A stretch of DNA of 64,000 bases from Vicinamibacterales bacterium (lineage in GTDB: Bacteria > Acidobacteriota > Vicinamibacteria > Vicinamibacterales > UBA8438), in contig OZ220718.1 in assembly GCA_965116765.1 (NCBI GenBank), positions 1,391,672 to 1,455,671 of the forward strand, given 5' to 3'. Every line of letters begins with the position of its first letter. Positions within the stretch are counted from its first letter, which is position 1. The notes below the pieces were generated by a model that was not told where the DNA came from, did no database searches, and was given only the letters and a program-made list of their open reading frames with translations. Of the stretch, positions 9,149-19,268 are shown piece by piece. The position numbers and the translations under genes are program-made.

Positions 9149-10087
9149 ATGGCGAGCACGATGCCGGAGCTGCGAGGGGCGGGAGCCGCGGCGGGCGTTG
9201 CGGCCCTGCTGGCCGCGGCCATCGTCGCCGCGCCGGTCGCGGTCCGGGCCCAGGATCAGGCCGAGGACCGGCCGGGGCGCGAGCTCAGCATCTCGCCCGC
9301 CTACGAAGGCTGGGAGCGGAACGACGACGGCTCGTTCAACCTCGTCTTCGGCTACATGAACCGGAGCTGGGACCCGGCCGAGATCCCCATCGGCCTCGAC
9401 AACCGGATCGAGCCGGGCAACCCCGACCGCGGCCAGCCGACGCGCTTCCAGCCGCGGCGGAACCGGCACGTGTTCCGCGTCCGCGTACCCGCCGACTTCG
9501 GCGACCAGGAGCTGGTGTGGACGGTCGTCCGCCGCGGGGAGATCGAGCGCGCCTACGCGACGCTGCACCCCGACTACTTCCTCGACGACGTCGCGATCAT
9601 GAACAACAACGGCGCCGGCGGGCCGGCCGGCGGCGCCTACAACATCTTCGGCAACCAGCGGCCGGAGCTGGATGTCGACGACCTGTCGGTGCGCCGCACG
9701 ACCGTCGGCGAGCCCGTGGTCCTGCGGGCGCGCGCCACCGACGACGGCGTGCCGAGGACGCGGAACATGCCGGCCCCGCGCATCGGCACCACCCGCATCG
9801 GGGCCGGCACCCCGAACAGCGCGAGCGGACTGCGCGTCGCCTGGATCGTCTACCGCGGGCCGGGTCCGGTCACCTTCGACCCGCCGCAGTTCAAGGTCTG
9901 GGAAGACTACCGGGCCGGCGCCGACTCGCCGTGGGCGCCGGGCTGGAAGACGCCCGATCCGCCCGAGGACGGGACGTGGGTGGTCGAGGCGACCTTCCAC
10001 CGGCCGGGCCGCTACGTCATCCGCGCCCTCGCCCACGACGGCGGCCTCGCCACGCATCAGGACGTGACCGTCGCCGTCGGTCCCTGA
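9149..10087 (+). CDS. secreted partner protein with a C-terminal Ig/PKD-like domain (uncharacterised)
   Basis: The ATG at 9149 lies 2 nt after the upstream stop. Signal peptide (AALLAAAIVAAPVAVRAQ). Motifs: EGWERNDDGSFNLVFGYMNRSW...DRGQPTRFQPRRNRHVFRVRVPADFGDQELVWTV...VIRALAHDGG. Paralogue at 53943..54830. Confidence 0.75.
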   Translation: MASTMPELRGAGAAAGVAALLAAAIVAAPVAVRAQDQAEDRPGRELSISPAYEGWERNDDGSFNLVFGYMNRSWDPAEIPIGLDNRIEPGNPDRGQPTRFQPRRNRHVFRVRVPADFGDQELVWTVVRRGEIERAYATLHPDYFLDDVAIMNNNGAGGPAGGAYNIFGNQRPELDVDDLSVRRTTVGEPVVLRARATDDGVPRTRNMPAPRIGTTRIGAGTPNSASGLRVAWIVYRGPGPVTFDPPQFKVWEDYRAGADSPWAPGWKTPDPPEDGTWVVEATFHRPGRYVIRALAHDGGLATHQDVTVAVGP

Positions 10088-10090
10088 TTC

Positions 10091-10136
10091 GGGCGCGGGT
10101 CCGGGGTGGCAGGTGCTGCTCGCCGGACCCGCGCCC
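10091..10136. terminator. bidirectional terminator-like hairpin between convergent genes
   Basis: Perfect 14-bp inverted repeat, gggcgcgggtccgg (10091-10104) / ccggacccgcgccc (10123-10136), with an 18-nt loop. It starts 4 nt after the stop at 10085-10087. There is no U-tract. Confidence 0.5.
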
Positions 10137-10341
10137 AGCGCGCCACCGCGCGGACCGTCAACCGCGGCGGGGCGCGAGCCCTCCACTGCGGCATCGTCCG
10201 ATCGTCGGCCGCAATGCGACACCCGCGGCGACCACGGCCGTGCCGGGAAGCCCGCCACGGACTGCGCACGCCAGGCGCCGAAGCCACAGCGCCGGCCCGC
10301 CGCCCCCCGGCGACGCCGCGCTCGCTCCCCGGAGAACCGGG

Positions 10342-12435
10342 CTACTTCGGCCCCACCTGCCAGAGGAGGAAGCTCACGGTGTCGACCATCTCGTCGATCT
10401 GCTGGCTCACCGGCTGACCGCCGGAGTGGCCCGCCGCCGTGTGGTAGCGCAGCAGGATCGGGTTGTTTGAGCCGTTCCTCGCCTGCATGAGGGCCGTCAT
10501 CTTCCGCGCGTGCAGCGGCGCCACGCGGGTGTCGCCATCGCCCGACAGGTAGAGCGTCGCCGGGTAGTCGCCGCCGTCGACGACGTTGTGGTACGGCGAG
10601 TACGCGTGGATGTAGTCGAACTGCTCGGGGTCGTCGCTCGACCCGTACTCGGGAACCCAGAAGCTGGCCACGAGGAACTGGTGGTAGCGGACCATGTCGA
10701 GCAGCGGATAGGTGCAGACGACCGCCCCGAAGAGGTCGGGCCGCTGGTTCGACACCGCGCCGACGAGGAGGCCGCCGTTGCTGCCGCCGCGGATGGCGAG
10801 GTGCTCGGGGCTGGTGTAGCCCTCGGCGACGAGGTGCTCGGCGGCGGCGATGAAGTCGTCGAAGACGTTCTGCTTGCTCTCGAGCATGCCGGCCCGGTGC
10901 CACTCTTCCCCGAACTCGCCGCCCCCGCGCATGTTGGCCAGGGCGAAGACGCCGCCCGACTCGAGCCAGGTCGTCGCGAGGGCCGAGAACGCCGGGGTCA
11001 TGCTGTTGTTGAAGCCGCCGTAGCCGGTCAGCAGGGTCGGATTGGTCCCGTCGAGGACGACGTCGGGCGGGTGGACGACGAACATCGGGACCTCGGTGCC
11101 GTCCTTCGACGCGAACCGGCGCTGCGTGACGGTGTAGGCGGCGGGGTCGACGGGCAGCTCGGGCTCGGCCCACACCGACTGCTCGCCGGTCGCGAGGTCG
11201 TAGCGGTAGATGGTGCTCGGGACGTGGAACGTCTGGAACGTGAAGAAGGCCTCGTCGCTCGTCCAGCGGCCCGCGCCGCCGCCGACCGAGCCCAGGGTGT
11301 CGAACGCGATGTCGCGGACGTGGGTCCCGTCGAGCTCGTGGACCGCGACCCGCGGCTGCACGTCCTGCAGGTACGACACCGCGAGCTTCCCGCCGAGGGC
11401 GGCGGCCCCCTCCACGACGACGTCGTCGCGCTCGGGGACGACGTCGCGCCAGCCCTCGAACCCGGGGTCCGCGGGGTCGGCCAGCACCACGCGCTTGTTG
11501 GGGGCGTCGAGGTTGGTGACGATGACCAGCTCGTCGCCCGCGAACGAGGCCCACGACTCGGAGACGCCGTCGGCGATGGCGGTCACGAACGGCGTGTCGC
11601 GCCGGAGGTCCTTGACGTGGATCTCGGTCGGCCCCGACGAGCCCTCGATGACGTGGACGACCATCCAGCGCCCGTCGTCCGACACCACGGTGACGGGAAT
11701 CTGGTGGCGCTCGTACCCCTCGCCGAAGAGCTGCACGTCGTCGGCCATCGGAGCGCCGAACGCGTGGAACATCACCCGCGGAGTCACGTCGCCGTAACGC
11801 TCGTAGTAGATGCCGCCGCCGTCCGCCGCCAGGGTCACGGCACCGTATCGGGCCGGCGGCAGCACGTCGGCGAGGTCCTCGCCGGTGTCGACGTCGCGGA
11901 CGCGAATCTCGACCTCGTCGACGCCTCCTTCGCGGACCCCGTAGACGACCCGCGCGCCGTCGTCCGAGATGTCGCGCAACGCAACGCTGGTGGTGTGGTC
12001 GGGGCTCATCGGGTGGGGGTCGATCAGCACCCGGTCGTCGCCGTCGAGCCCCTCGCGCACGTAGACCACCGACAGGTCCTGGTCGGCGCCCCGCCGGCTG
12101 TAGAAGTAGCGCCCCCCGCGCTCGTTCGGCAGGCCGACCACGTCGCGCTCGAGCACCGACGCGGCCTGCGCCCGCAGCTCGTCGCGGCCGGGCAGGGCGC
12201 CCAGCACCGTATCGGTGTAGGCGTTCTGGGCGTCGATCCAGGCGCGCGTCTCCGGCGCCTCCTGGTCCTCCAGCCACCGGTAGGGGTCGGGCACCTCGAC
12301 GCCGTGCAGCGTGTCGACGACCTCCCGGACCTCGGTGGGCGGTGGCGGCGGCACGTCGTTTCCCTGCCCGTCGGCGGCGCAGGCCACCGCCAGCGCCGCA
12401 CCCGCGATCCCCGCGATTCGTCGCGATCCGGTCAT
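10342..12435 (-). CDS. prolyl oligopeptidase (S9A family), lipoprotein-type signal
   Basis: ATG at 12435 follows AGGAGG. Lipobox LAVAC. Motifs: [27 protein letters not shown], the catalytic-Ser motif [12 protein letters not shown], and the C-terminal [10 protein letters not shown]. Confidence 0.9.
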   Translation of the reverse strand: MTGSRRIAGIAGAALAVACAADGQGNDVPPPPPTEVREVVDTLHGVEVPDPYRWLEDQEAPETRAWIDAQNAYTDTVLGALPGRDELRAQAASVLERDVVGLPNERGGRYFYSRRGADQDLSVVYVREGLDGDDRVLIDPHPMSPDHTTSVALRDISDDGARVVYGVREGGVDEVEIRVRDVDTGEDLADVLPPARYGAVTLAADGGGIYYERYGDVTPRVMFHAFGAPMADDVQLFGEGYERHQIPVTVVSDDGRWMVVHVIEGSSGPTEIHVKDLRRDTPFVTAIADGVSESWASFAGDELVIVTNLDAPNKRVVLADPADPGFEGWRDVVPERDDVVVEGAAALGGKLAVSYLQDVQPRVAVHELDGTHVRDIAFDTLGSVGGGAGRWTSDEAFFTFQTFHVPSTIYRYDLATGEQSVWAEPELPVDPAAYTVTQRRFASKDGTEVPMFVVHPPDVVLDGTNPTLLTGYGGFNNSMTPAFSALATTWLESGGVFALANMRGGGEFGEEWHRAGMLESKQNVFDDFIAAAEHLVAEGYTSPEHLAIRGGSNGGLLVGAVSNQRPDLFGAVVCTYPLLDMVRYHQFLVASFWVPEYGSSDDPEQFDYIHAYSPYHNVVDGGDYPATLYLSGDGDTRVAPLHARKMTALMQARNGSNNPILLRYHTAAGHSGGQPVSQQIDEMVDTVSFLLWQVGPK

Positions 12436-12763
12436 GTTCTCCTCCTGAACCCGAAGTATCGAGCCTCGCTCACCAGCCGTGATCGCCGCGCTCCTCGCGC
12501 GTCCACGGGCGTGCGCTTCCGATGTCGACATGATGAAGCCGACCGAATGGGCGGTTGCCCCCCTCCGGAGGCGCCGCCCGCGCCGTGCCCTCGAGGATCC
12601 CGGCGGTTCGTCCCGAACGAATCGACGATGCCGCGCGCGCTCTCCGCATCGTCCGCTCGAACACCTCGCGCAGGTGTATGCACGGCAGGACGACATTGTG
12701 ACGCGCGTGTCCGTTCCGGCTCACGAGCCCGCTTCGACCATCGCCTCGGCTGCCGTCTGCCTC

Positions 12764-14582
12764 TCAGTCCGCCCGCAGCAGACGTTGATACTCCAGCGCC
12801 GCGCCCAGCACCATGGCCCCGCCGCGGTCGTCGGCCCCGTTGACGGCCGGGCGATCGAGATAGTAGCGCCGGGTCGGACCCGCTCCGGTGCCGATGCAGA
12901 CGTCGACCAGGGTGCCGTCCACCAGCACGTGGGCGAGCAGCGCGCGCCACGCCCGCTCGACGGCCGGGCCGGTACGATTCGTCGAGCCACCCGAGCCGGA
13001 GGCCCCGGGCCATCGCGGTCAGGGTCATCGCGGTGACGCTGGTCTCGCGGTAGCTGCCGGGCTCGTCGACGACCTGCCGCCACATGCCGTCCGGGGCCTG
13101 GCGGGCGCGCATTCCCGCCAGGTGGCGGCGGTGGATGTCGAGCACCGCCGGCCGCTCCGGATGGTCGGCGGGCAGGACCGTCAGGAGCTCGGAGAGGCCG
13201 AGGGCGCCGAACCCGTTGCCCCGGCCCCAGGCAACCGGGCCGCCGGCGTCGTGGTGGAAGAGCCCGTCGAGCTGCTGCAGGCGCGCCGCGTAGGTGGTGA
13301 CGAGGCGGACGGCGGCGGCGAGGCCCTCGGGATCGCCGGCACGGACGGCGGCGATGGTGCCGAGGAAGAAGTCGTCGCTCCACCCGGAGCCGTGGCGGGG
13401 GACGCCGGGGGCGATCTCGGCCTGCGCCAGGGCCACACCCTCGGCCGCGAGCCGGGCCGCCGCGTCGCGGTTCGGGCCCGGCGACCGCGCCAGCTCGCTG
13501 AAGATCATCGTCCCCGCCACCGCGGCGAAGCTGATGCGGTCGCCGAACAGCGGCCGTTCGCCGGAGAGCCACGGGCGGACCTCCGCCATTGCCTTGTCGC
13601 GGAGCGAAGCGTCGTCGTCGATCGCGGCGAGGCGCAGCGAGTGGACCCAGGCGAGAGCGGGAATGTAGCTGATGCTGGGAGTCCCCGGATAGCGCCGCGC
13701 GAGCACCCGGGCCAGCTCCAGGGGGTTGCGAGCGATCCGGTCGGCGAGGACATCGCGCAACGGCGACGGGCGGTCCGGGGCGCGGGCCAGCGCCTCTCTC
13801 ATGACCGCCGCCCCGTCCGACGCGCCGGCCGTCACGAGCAGCGTGTCGACGGGACCGAGCCCCGGCATGCTCGCGGGATCGGCCACGGCCGCGGCCAGCG
13901 AGCCCGCGGGCGACTCCGCCCCGGCGGCCGTCCCGCCGCTCTCGCCGGCGGACCGCGAGCGAAAGATCAACCCGTCCCCGGCCCGCACCTCCACCACGAG
14001 ATCGGGGGCCTGGTAGGCGACCCAGCGCCAGACGTAGCGGCTCTCGGGCCGGTCGGGGTCGTCGAAGAAGCCGTCGACCGGCGGGAACCCGCCCGCCCGG
14101 GTCGCAGCTTCCGGCGACGGATGGGCCATCGGCAGCGCGCTCACCGTCCAGCGCGCGCGCTCCTCCTCGGGCGCCTCGGACTTGAACCACCGCACCGCGT
14201 CGAGCACGATACGGGCCGCCGCCTCGGCATCGCCGTCGAGCCCGCCGACGAGCACGATGCGGCGCTCGGGCCGCGAGAAGTCGAAGGCCGACGGATTCTC
14301 GAGGGTGAGCAGCGGCGTCTCGTCGCGAGTCACCCCGGCCGCGCTCACGATGGCCGGCTCGCCCGGGAGCGCGGCCAGAGCGTCGAGCGCCGCCCGCAGG
14401 TCCGCCGTTCCGTCCACCGTCCTCGCCGCCGGGTCCGGGACGGGCCGTGCGCCGGCGTCCTGCGGCAGCACCAGCAGCCGCGCGTCGCCGGCGGGCGGCG
14501 CCGCGGCGGCGCCGGCGCCCGCGAGAAACGCGACGACGCCGAACATCACCGTCCATCGCACCGCCTGTCCCGCTGCACGCAC
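12764..14582 (-). pseudogene. GH88/GH105-like six-hairpin glycosidase with an extra N-terminal domain; one frameshift as assembled
   Basis: GTG at 14582 follows AAGGAG. The C-terminal half reads WGRGNGFGALGLSELLTVLPADHPER...RQAPDGMWRQVVDEPGSYRETSVTAMTLTAMARGLRLGWLDESYRP. A one-base shift near 12961-12970 then continues into AVERAWRALLAHVLVDGTLVDVCIGTGAGP...DDRGGAMVLGAALEYQRLLRAD, with the stop at 12764. Confidence 0.7.
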
Positions 14583-14880
14583 GGAGCACTCCTTTCCTCG
14601 ACACCCGCCGACGCTCCGGCTCGCCGGAACGTCGTGGGAGAGACTCGGTCGATCCGCATCATGATCGTCCGTGGTAGCGACCACTGCAAGACCCCGCCGC
14701 AGAATCTGCGCGAGTGTGCCGCCCATCGTGCGGCCTCCCCGCGCACGCCTCTCCGGCACGGGGCGCACGAGGCGGCCCGATTGTCGCCGGTCCTGTTGCC
14801 ACCGAAACGGTTTCGCGTAGAATCAGGGCCGGCGCGGAAGGATCCAGCGCCCCGACGAGGATGTCACCAAGGAGATCGAC

Positions 14881-15744
14881 ATGTGTGATGAGAGAACCGA
14901 TGCCGCGACCAGGAAGTACCTGCGCGCGCGGGAGATGACCCGGCGGCAGTTCGGCGCCGTCTCGGCGGGAGCGGGGCTGGCGATGCTGCTGCCCCGGGCC
15001 GCGAACGCCCAGGCCGTCACCGAGTCCGAGATCGACGTCACGACCCCCGACGGCGTTTGCGACAGCTATTTCGTGCACCCCGCGAGCGGCGCCCACCCCG
15101 GCGTCCTCATCTGGCCCGACGCCTTCGGCCTGCGGCCGGCGAAGCGGCAGATGGCGAAGCGGCTCGCCGAGTCGGGCTACTCGGTGCTGGTGGTCAACCA
15201 GTACTACCGGTCGCAGCGGACGCCCATCGTGGACAGCACGAACTTCGCCGAGGTCGCTCCCATCGTCAGGCCGCTGATGGCGACGCTGAGCCCCGAGACC
15301 CACGTGGCGGACGCGCGGGCGTTCGTGAGCTTCCTCGACAGCCAGGCGTCGGTGGACAGCAACCGGAAGATGGGGACCATGGGCTACTGCATGGGCGGCC
15401 CCATCACCATGCGCACCGCCGCGGCCCTGCCCGACCGCATCGGCGCCGGCGCGTCGTTCCACGGCGGCGGCCTCGTGACCGACGGGGAGGACAGCCCGCA
15501 CCTGCTCGTGCCGCAGATGACCGCGCACTACCTGTTCGCGATCGCCGAGAACGACGACGAGAACGAGCCCGAGGCCAAGAACGTCCTGCGCGAGGCGTTC
15601 GACGAGGCGGGGCTGCCGGCCGAGATCGAGGTGTACGAGGGCGCCCTGCACGGCTGGTGCCCGCCGGACACCCAGGTCTACAACGAGCCGCAGGCCGAGC
15701 GGGCGTGGAGCCGCCTCCTCGCCCTGTTCGAGAACGCACTCTAG
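14881..15744 (+). CDS. dienelactone hydrolase family protein with Tat-type signal
   Basis: ATG at 14881 follows AAGGAG. Twin-arginine motif TRRQFGAV. Motifs: GVLIWPDAFGLRPAKRQMAKRLAESGYSVLVVN and GTMGYCMGG. Confidence 0.85.
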   Translation: MCDERTDAATRKYLRAREMTRRQFGAVSAGAGLAMLLPRAANAQAVTESEIDVTTPDGVCDSYFVHPASGAHPGVLIWPDAFGLRPAKRQMAKRLAESGYSVLVVNQYYRSQRTPIVDSTNFAEVAPIVRPLMATLSPETHVADARAFVSFLDSQASVDSNRKMGTMGYCMGGPITMRTAAALPDRIGAGASFHGGGLVTDGEDSPHLLVPQMTAHYLFAIAENDDENEPEAKNVLREAFDEAGLPAEIEVYEGALHGWCPPDTQVYNEPQAERAWSRLLALFENAL

Positions 15745-15760
15745 CGCGCCCCGCACCCGC

Positions 15761-15829
15761 GGAACGCATCGCCGCGCTCCGGGCGCCCGCCGTGCGGCGG
15801 GCACGTTCGGCGGCCCGGCGATGCGTTCC
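15761..15829 (+). terminator. nested GC-rich hairpins between the hydrolase and the molybdoenzyme genes (terminator or attenuator candidate)
   Basis: The outer arms are 14-bp perfect: ggaacgcatcgccg (15761-15774) / cggcgatgcgttcc (15816-15829). The inner stem is 7 bp: gcccgcc/ggcgggc (15785-15802). No U-tract. Confidence 0.3.
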
Positions 15830-15846
15830 TCCGTCCGCCGTTCCGC

Positions 15847-18030
15847 ATGAGCCGGCAACCGACGCCGCGCATCGCCACCTGTCCCCTCTGCGAGGCGATG
15901 TGCGGCGTGCTCGTCGAGGTCGACGGCGAGCGCATCCGATCGGTCCGCGGCGACCCCGACGACCCGTTCAGCCGCGGCTACGTCTGCCCCAAGGCATCGG
16001 CGCTGGCCGATCTCCACCACGATCCCGACCGCATCCGCATACCGCTCGTCCGGGCCCAATCGAGCTGGCGCGAGGTCTCCTGGGAAGAGGCCCTGGATCG
16101 CGCCGCCGCCGGGCTCCGCGCCGTCCGCCGCCGGCACGGCCGCGACGCCGTCGCGCTCTACTACGGCAACCCCGTCGCCCACAACCTCGGCCTGCTGACC
16201 CACGGGCTCGCCTTCAGGCGGGCGCTGCGCACCAGGAACGTCTACTCCGCGAGCTCCGCCGACCAACTGCCGCAGATGCTGGCGGCGCTGCGCATGTACG
16301 GCCACTTCGGGCTGATTCCGGTGCCGGACGTCGACCGGACCGACCTCTTCCTCATCCTCGGCGCCAATCCCGTCGTGTCGAACGGGAGCCTGATGAGCGC
16401 GCCCGACATGCGCCGCCGCCTCGAGGACATCCGGGCGCGCGGGGGACGCGTGGTCGTCGTCGATCCACGTCGCACCGAGACGGCCGCCGTCGCCGACGAG
16501 CACCTCGCCGTCCGACCTGGAACCGACGCCCTGCTCCTCGCGGCCATGCTGCACGTCGTCTTCTCCGAGGGCGCGGTGCGCCTCGGACGGCTCGCCGGGC
16601 GCGTGAAGCGCCTCGAAGCCCTGGCCGACCTCGTCCGCGGCCTGTCGCCCGAGCGCGCGGCCCGATCGACCGGCATCGGCGCCGCCGCGATTCGCCGCCT
16701 CGCCATCGCCTTCGCGAGCGCAGGGCGCGCGGCGTGCTACGGGCGCGTCGGGCTCTGCACCCAGCGGTACGGAACGCTCGCGGCCTGGCTGCAGCAGGCC
16801 CTCAACCTGGTGACGGGGCGCCTCGACGAGATCGGCGGCATGATGCTGCCGACGCCCGCCGTCGACGTCCTGGGAGTCTCCGCCCGACTGGGCTGGCGCG
16901 GCACGTTCGGCCGGTGGCGGAGCTCGTGCCGGCGCCTGCCGGAGTTCAGCGGCGAGCTGCCGGTCGCCGGACTGGCCGGGGAGATCGAGACAGCGGGCCC
17001 ACGGTCGGTCCGCGCTCTGATCACGGTGGCCGGCAACCCCGTGCTCTCGGCCCCGAACGGACGCCGTCTCGGGCGCGCGCTGGCATCCCTGGACCACGTG
17101 GTCGCCGTCGACCCGTACCTCAACGAGACCACCCGCCACGCCCAGGTCGTGCTGCCGCCCGCGCCTCCGCTCGCGCGCGCCCACTACGACCTCGCCCTCA
17201 ACGCCTTCGCCGTGCGCAACGTCGCGAAGTACGCGGACCCGGTGGTGCCCCGTACCGCCGGCGAGCGTCATGACTGGGAGATCCTGGCCGAGCTCGGCGC
17301 CCGCGCGCTCTCACCCCGGCTGCTCCGCCGACCGGTCGCCCGGGTCGCTGCCGCGCTGCGGCCGGAGCGGCTCGTGGACCTGCTGTTGCGCATCGGTCCG
17401 TACGGCCTGTCGCTCGACCGGCTCCGCGCCATCCCGCACGGCGTCGACCTCGGTCCCCTGCAGCCGGGACGCCTCGCCGGCCGGATCGCCACCGCCGACG
17501 CCATGATCGACATCTCTCCCGAGGAGTTCCTGCGCGAGGCCCGCGACCGACTCTTCGCCCAGGCCGACGCCGGAGCGGCCGACGGACTGCAACTGATCGG
17601 GAGACGCCAGGTCCGGAGCAACAACTCCTGGATGCACAACAGCCCGCGCCTCGTGAAGGGACCTCCCCCCTGCACGCTGCTCCTCCACCCCGATGACGCC
17701 GCGTTTCGCGGCCTCGGCACCGGCGATCTCGCCGAGCTCCGCTCGGAGACCGGCGCGGTGACCGTCCCCGTCGAGGTCAGCGACGCGATGCGCCCCGGCG
17801 TAGTCAGTCTGCCCCACGGGTGGGGACACGACCGCGACGGCGTCCGCCTCGGCGTCGCCCGCGCCCACGCCGGGGCGAGCGCCAACGACGTGACGAGCGA
17901 TCGCCATCTCGATACCCTGAGCGGCAACGCCGCCTTCAACGGTCTGCCGGTGACCGTGCGCCGGCAGCCCCCATCCGCGCGGGCCGACGGGTCGAGCAAC
18001 CCAACGAAGGCCCTGAAGACCGCCGAGTGA
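15847..18030 (+). CDS. molybdopterin-dependent oxidoreductase (MopB superfamily, N-terminal 4Fe-4S Cys motif)
   Basis: 727-aa ORF. N-terminus: CPLCEAMCGVLVEVDGERIRSVRGDPDDPFSRGYVCPKA. There is a C-terminal beta-barrel region (VVSLPHGWGH). No signal peptide. Confidence 0.85.
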   Translation: MSRQPTPRIATCPLCEAMCGVLVEVDGERIRSVRGDPDDPFSRGYVCPKASALADLHHDPDRIRIPLVRAQSSWREVSWEEALDRAAAGLRAVRRRHGRDAVALYYGNPVAHNLGLLTHGLAFRRALRTRNVYSASSADQLPQMLAALRMYGHFGLIPVPDVDRTDLFLILGANPVVSNGSLMSAPDMRRRLEDIRARGGRVVVVDPRRTETAAVADEHLAVRPGTDALLLAAMLHVVFSEGAVRLGRLAGRVKRLEALADLVRGLSPERAARSTGIGAAAIRRLAIAFASAGRAACYGRVGLCTQRYGTLAAWLQQALNLVTGRLDEIGGMMLPTPAVDVLGVSARLGWRGTFGRWRSSCRRLPEFSGELPVAGLAGEIETAGPRSVRALITVAGNPVLSAPNGRRLGRALASLDHVVAVDPYLNETTRHAQVVLPPAPPLARAHYDLALNAFAVRNVAKYADPVVPRTAGERHDWEILAELGARALSPRLLRRPVARVAAALRPERLVDLLLRIGPYGLSLDRLRAIPHGVDLGPLQPGRLAGRIATADAMIDISPEEFLREARDRLFAQADAGAADGLQLIGRRQVRSNNSWMHNSPRLVKGPPPCTLLLHPDDAAFRGLGTGDLAELRSETGAVTVPVEVSDAMRPGVVSLPHGWGHDRDGVRLGVARAHAGASANDVTSDRHLDTLSGNAAFNGLPVTVRRQPPSARADGSSNPTKALKTAE

Positions 18031-18246
18031 CGAAGAAGAACGGGATCCGTCAGGCCCTCGGCGGCTGTGGGGGGCGCGCCCACCGGCACCCCGTCGCGCC
18101 ACGGCAGCAACGTGGTCCGGGTACGACAGCCCCGGCGAACGAGTGTTCAGGCCTCGTAGTGGCGAATCCGCATCCGCGTCGCGAACGGGCCGCCGCATTC
18201 ACGTAGAATCACCGGCGAACCGTTGGCCGGCAACCGAGGAGAGAAA

Positions 18247-19266
18247 ATGACCAGACCGGCGCTCGTCCTGCTTGGAAGTCTCGCGGCCGCGTGCGGCGGC
18301 GCGGAACCGGAGCCTGGACCGGCGGCAGCGGCCCCGGACACCGGCGCCGGCACGATCCTCCGGGTCGACCCCCGATTCGACGCGCTCGTGCCGGCCGACG
18401 CGCGCATCGAGAAGCTCGCCGACGGCTTCGTCTTCACCGAGGGGCCGGTCTGGGACCGCGCGCAGTCGCGCCTGCTGTTCTCGGACGTGCGCGGCAACGG
18501 GGTCTACGAGTGGACCGAGTCGGCGGGGACGAGCCCGGTCATCGAGCCGGTGTTCGAGGGCGACCGGACCGGCCTGCGGTCGGTCAGCTCCAACGGACTG
18601 ACCCTCGACGCCGAGGGCCGTCTCGTCATGTGCGAGCACGGCAACCGGCGCATCTCACGGGTCGAGGCGGACGGCACCCGGACGACCCTGGTCGACCGCT
18701 ACGAAGGGAGCCGCCTGAACAGCCCCAACGACGCCGCCTACGCGTCGGACGGCTGGCTCTACTTCACCGACCCCGGCTCGGCGCTGGAGGGGCGCGACGC
18801 CTCGCCGTTGCGCGAGCTCGACTTCAACGGCATCTACCGCTTGAGCCCGGACGGCGAGCTGGAGCTGCTGTACCGGGACCAGTCGCGCCCGAACGGCATC
18901 GCCCTGTCGCCGGACGAGTCGGTGCTCTACGTGGCGAACTCCGACCCGGAGCAGAAGGTGTGGATGGCGTACGACCTCGGAGAGGACGGCGTGTCCAACC
19001 CGCGGGTCTTCTTCGACGTGAACGACCAGACCGCCGGGGGCGCCGCCGACGGCCTGAAGGTGGACGACGCCGGCAACCTCTTCGCCACCGGCCCCGGCGG
19101 GGTCTGGGTGATCGCGCCCGACGGCACGCACCTCGGCACGATCATGCCTGACGAGGTGCCGGCCAACGTCGCGTGGGGTGACGACGGCCGTACGCTCTAC
19201 ATGACCGCCCGCACCGGGATCTACCGGATCCGCCTGGCTACCGGGGGCGCGATCCCCGGACCGTAA
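18247..19266 (+). CDS. SMP-30/gluconolactonase/LRE family lipoprotein
   Basis: ATG at 18247 follows GAGGAG. Lipobox LAAAC. Motifs: FTEGPVWD..LLFSDVRGNGVYEW, NGLTLD, PNGIALSPD, DGLKVD. Confidence 0.85.
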   Translation: MTRPALVLLGSLAAACGGAEPEPGPAAAAPDTGAGTILRVDPRFDALVPADARIEKLADGFVFTEGPVWDRAQSRLLFSDVRGNGVYEWTESAGTSPVIEPVFEGDRTGLRSVSSNGLTLDAEGRLVMCEHGNRRISRVEADGTRTTLVDRYEGSRLNSPNDAAYASDGWLYFTDPGSALEGRDASPLRELDFNGIYRLSPDGELELLYRDQSRPNGIALSPDESVLYVANSDPEQKVWMAYDLGEDGVSNPRVFFDVNDQTAGGAADGLKVDDAGNLFATGPGGVWVIAPDGTHLGTIMPDEVPANVAWGDDGRTLYMTARTGIYRIRLATGGAIPGP

Positions 19267-19268
19267 CG

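Noticed and set aside
8882-12277. 1131-aa ORF on the minus strand
   Set aside because: It is Arg/Pro/Gly-rich with no motifs. It runs antisense or out of frame to three well-supported genes (7725..9146, 9149..10087, 10342..12435). This is the typical long shadow ORF of 70% GC DNA.
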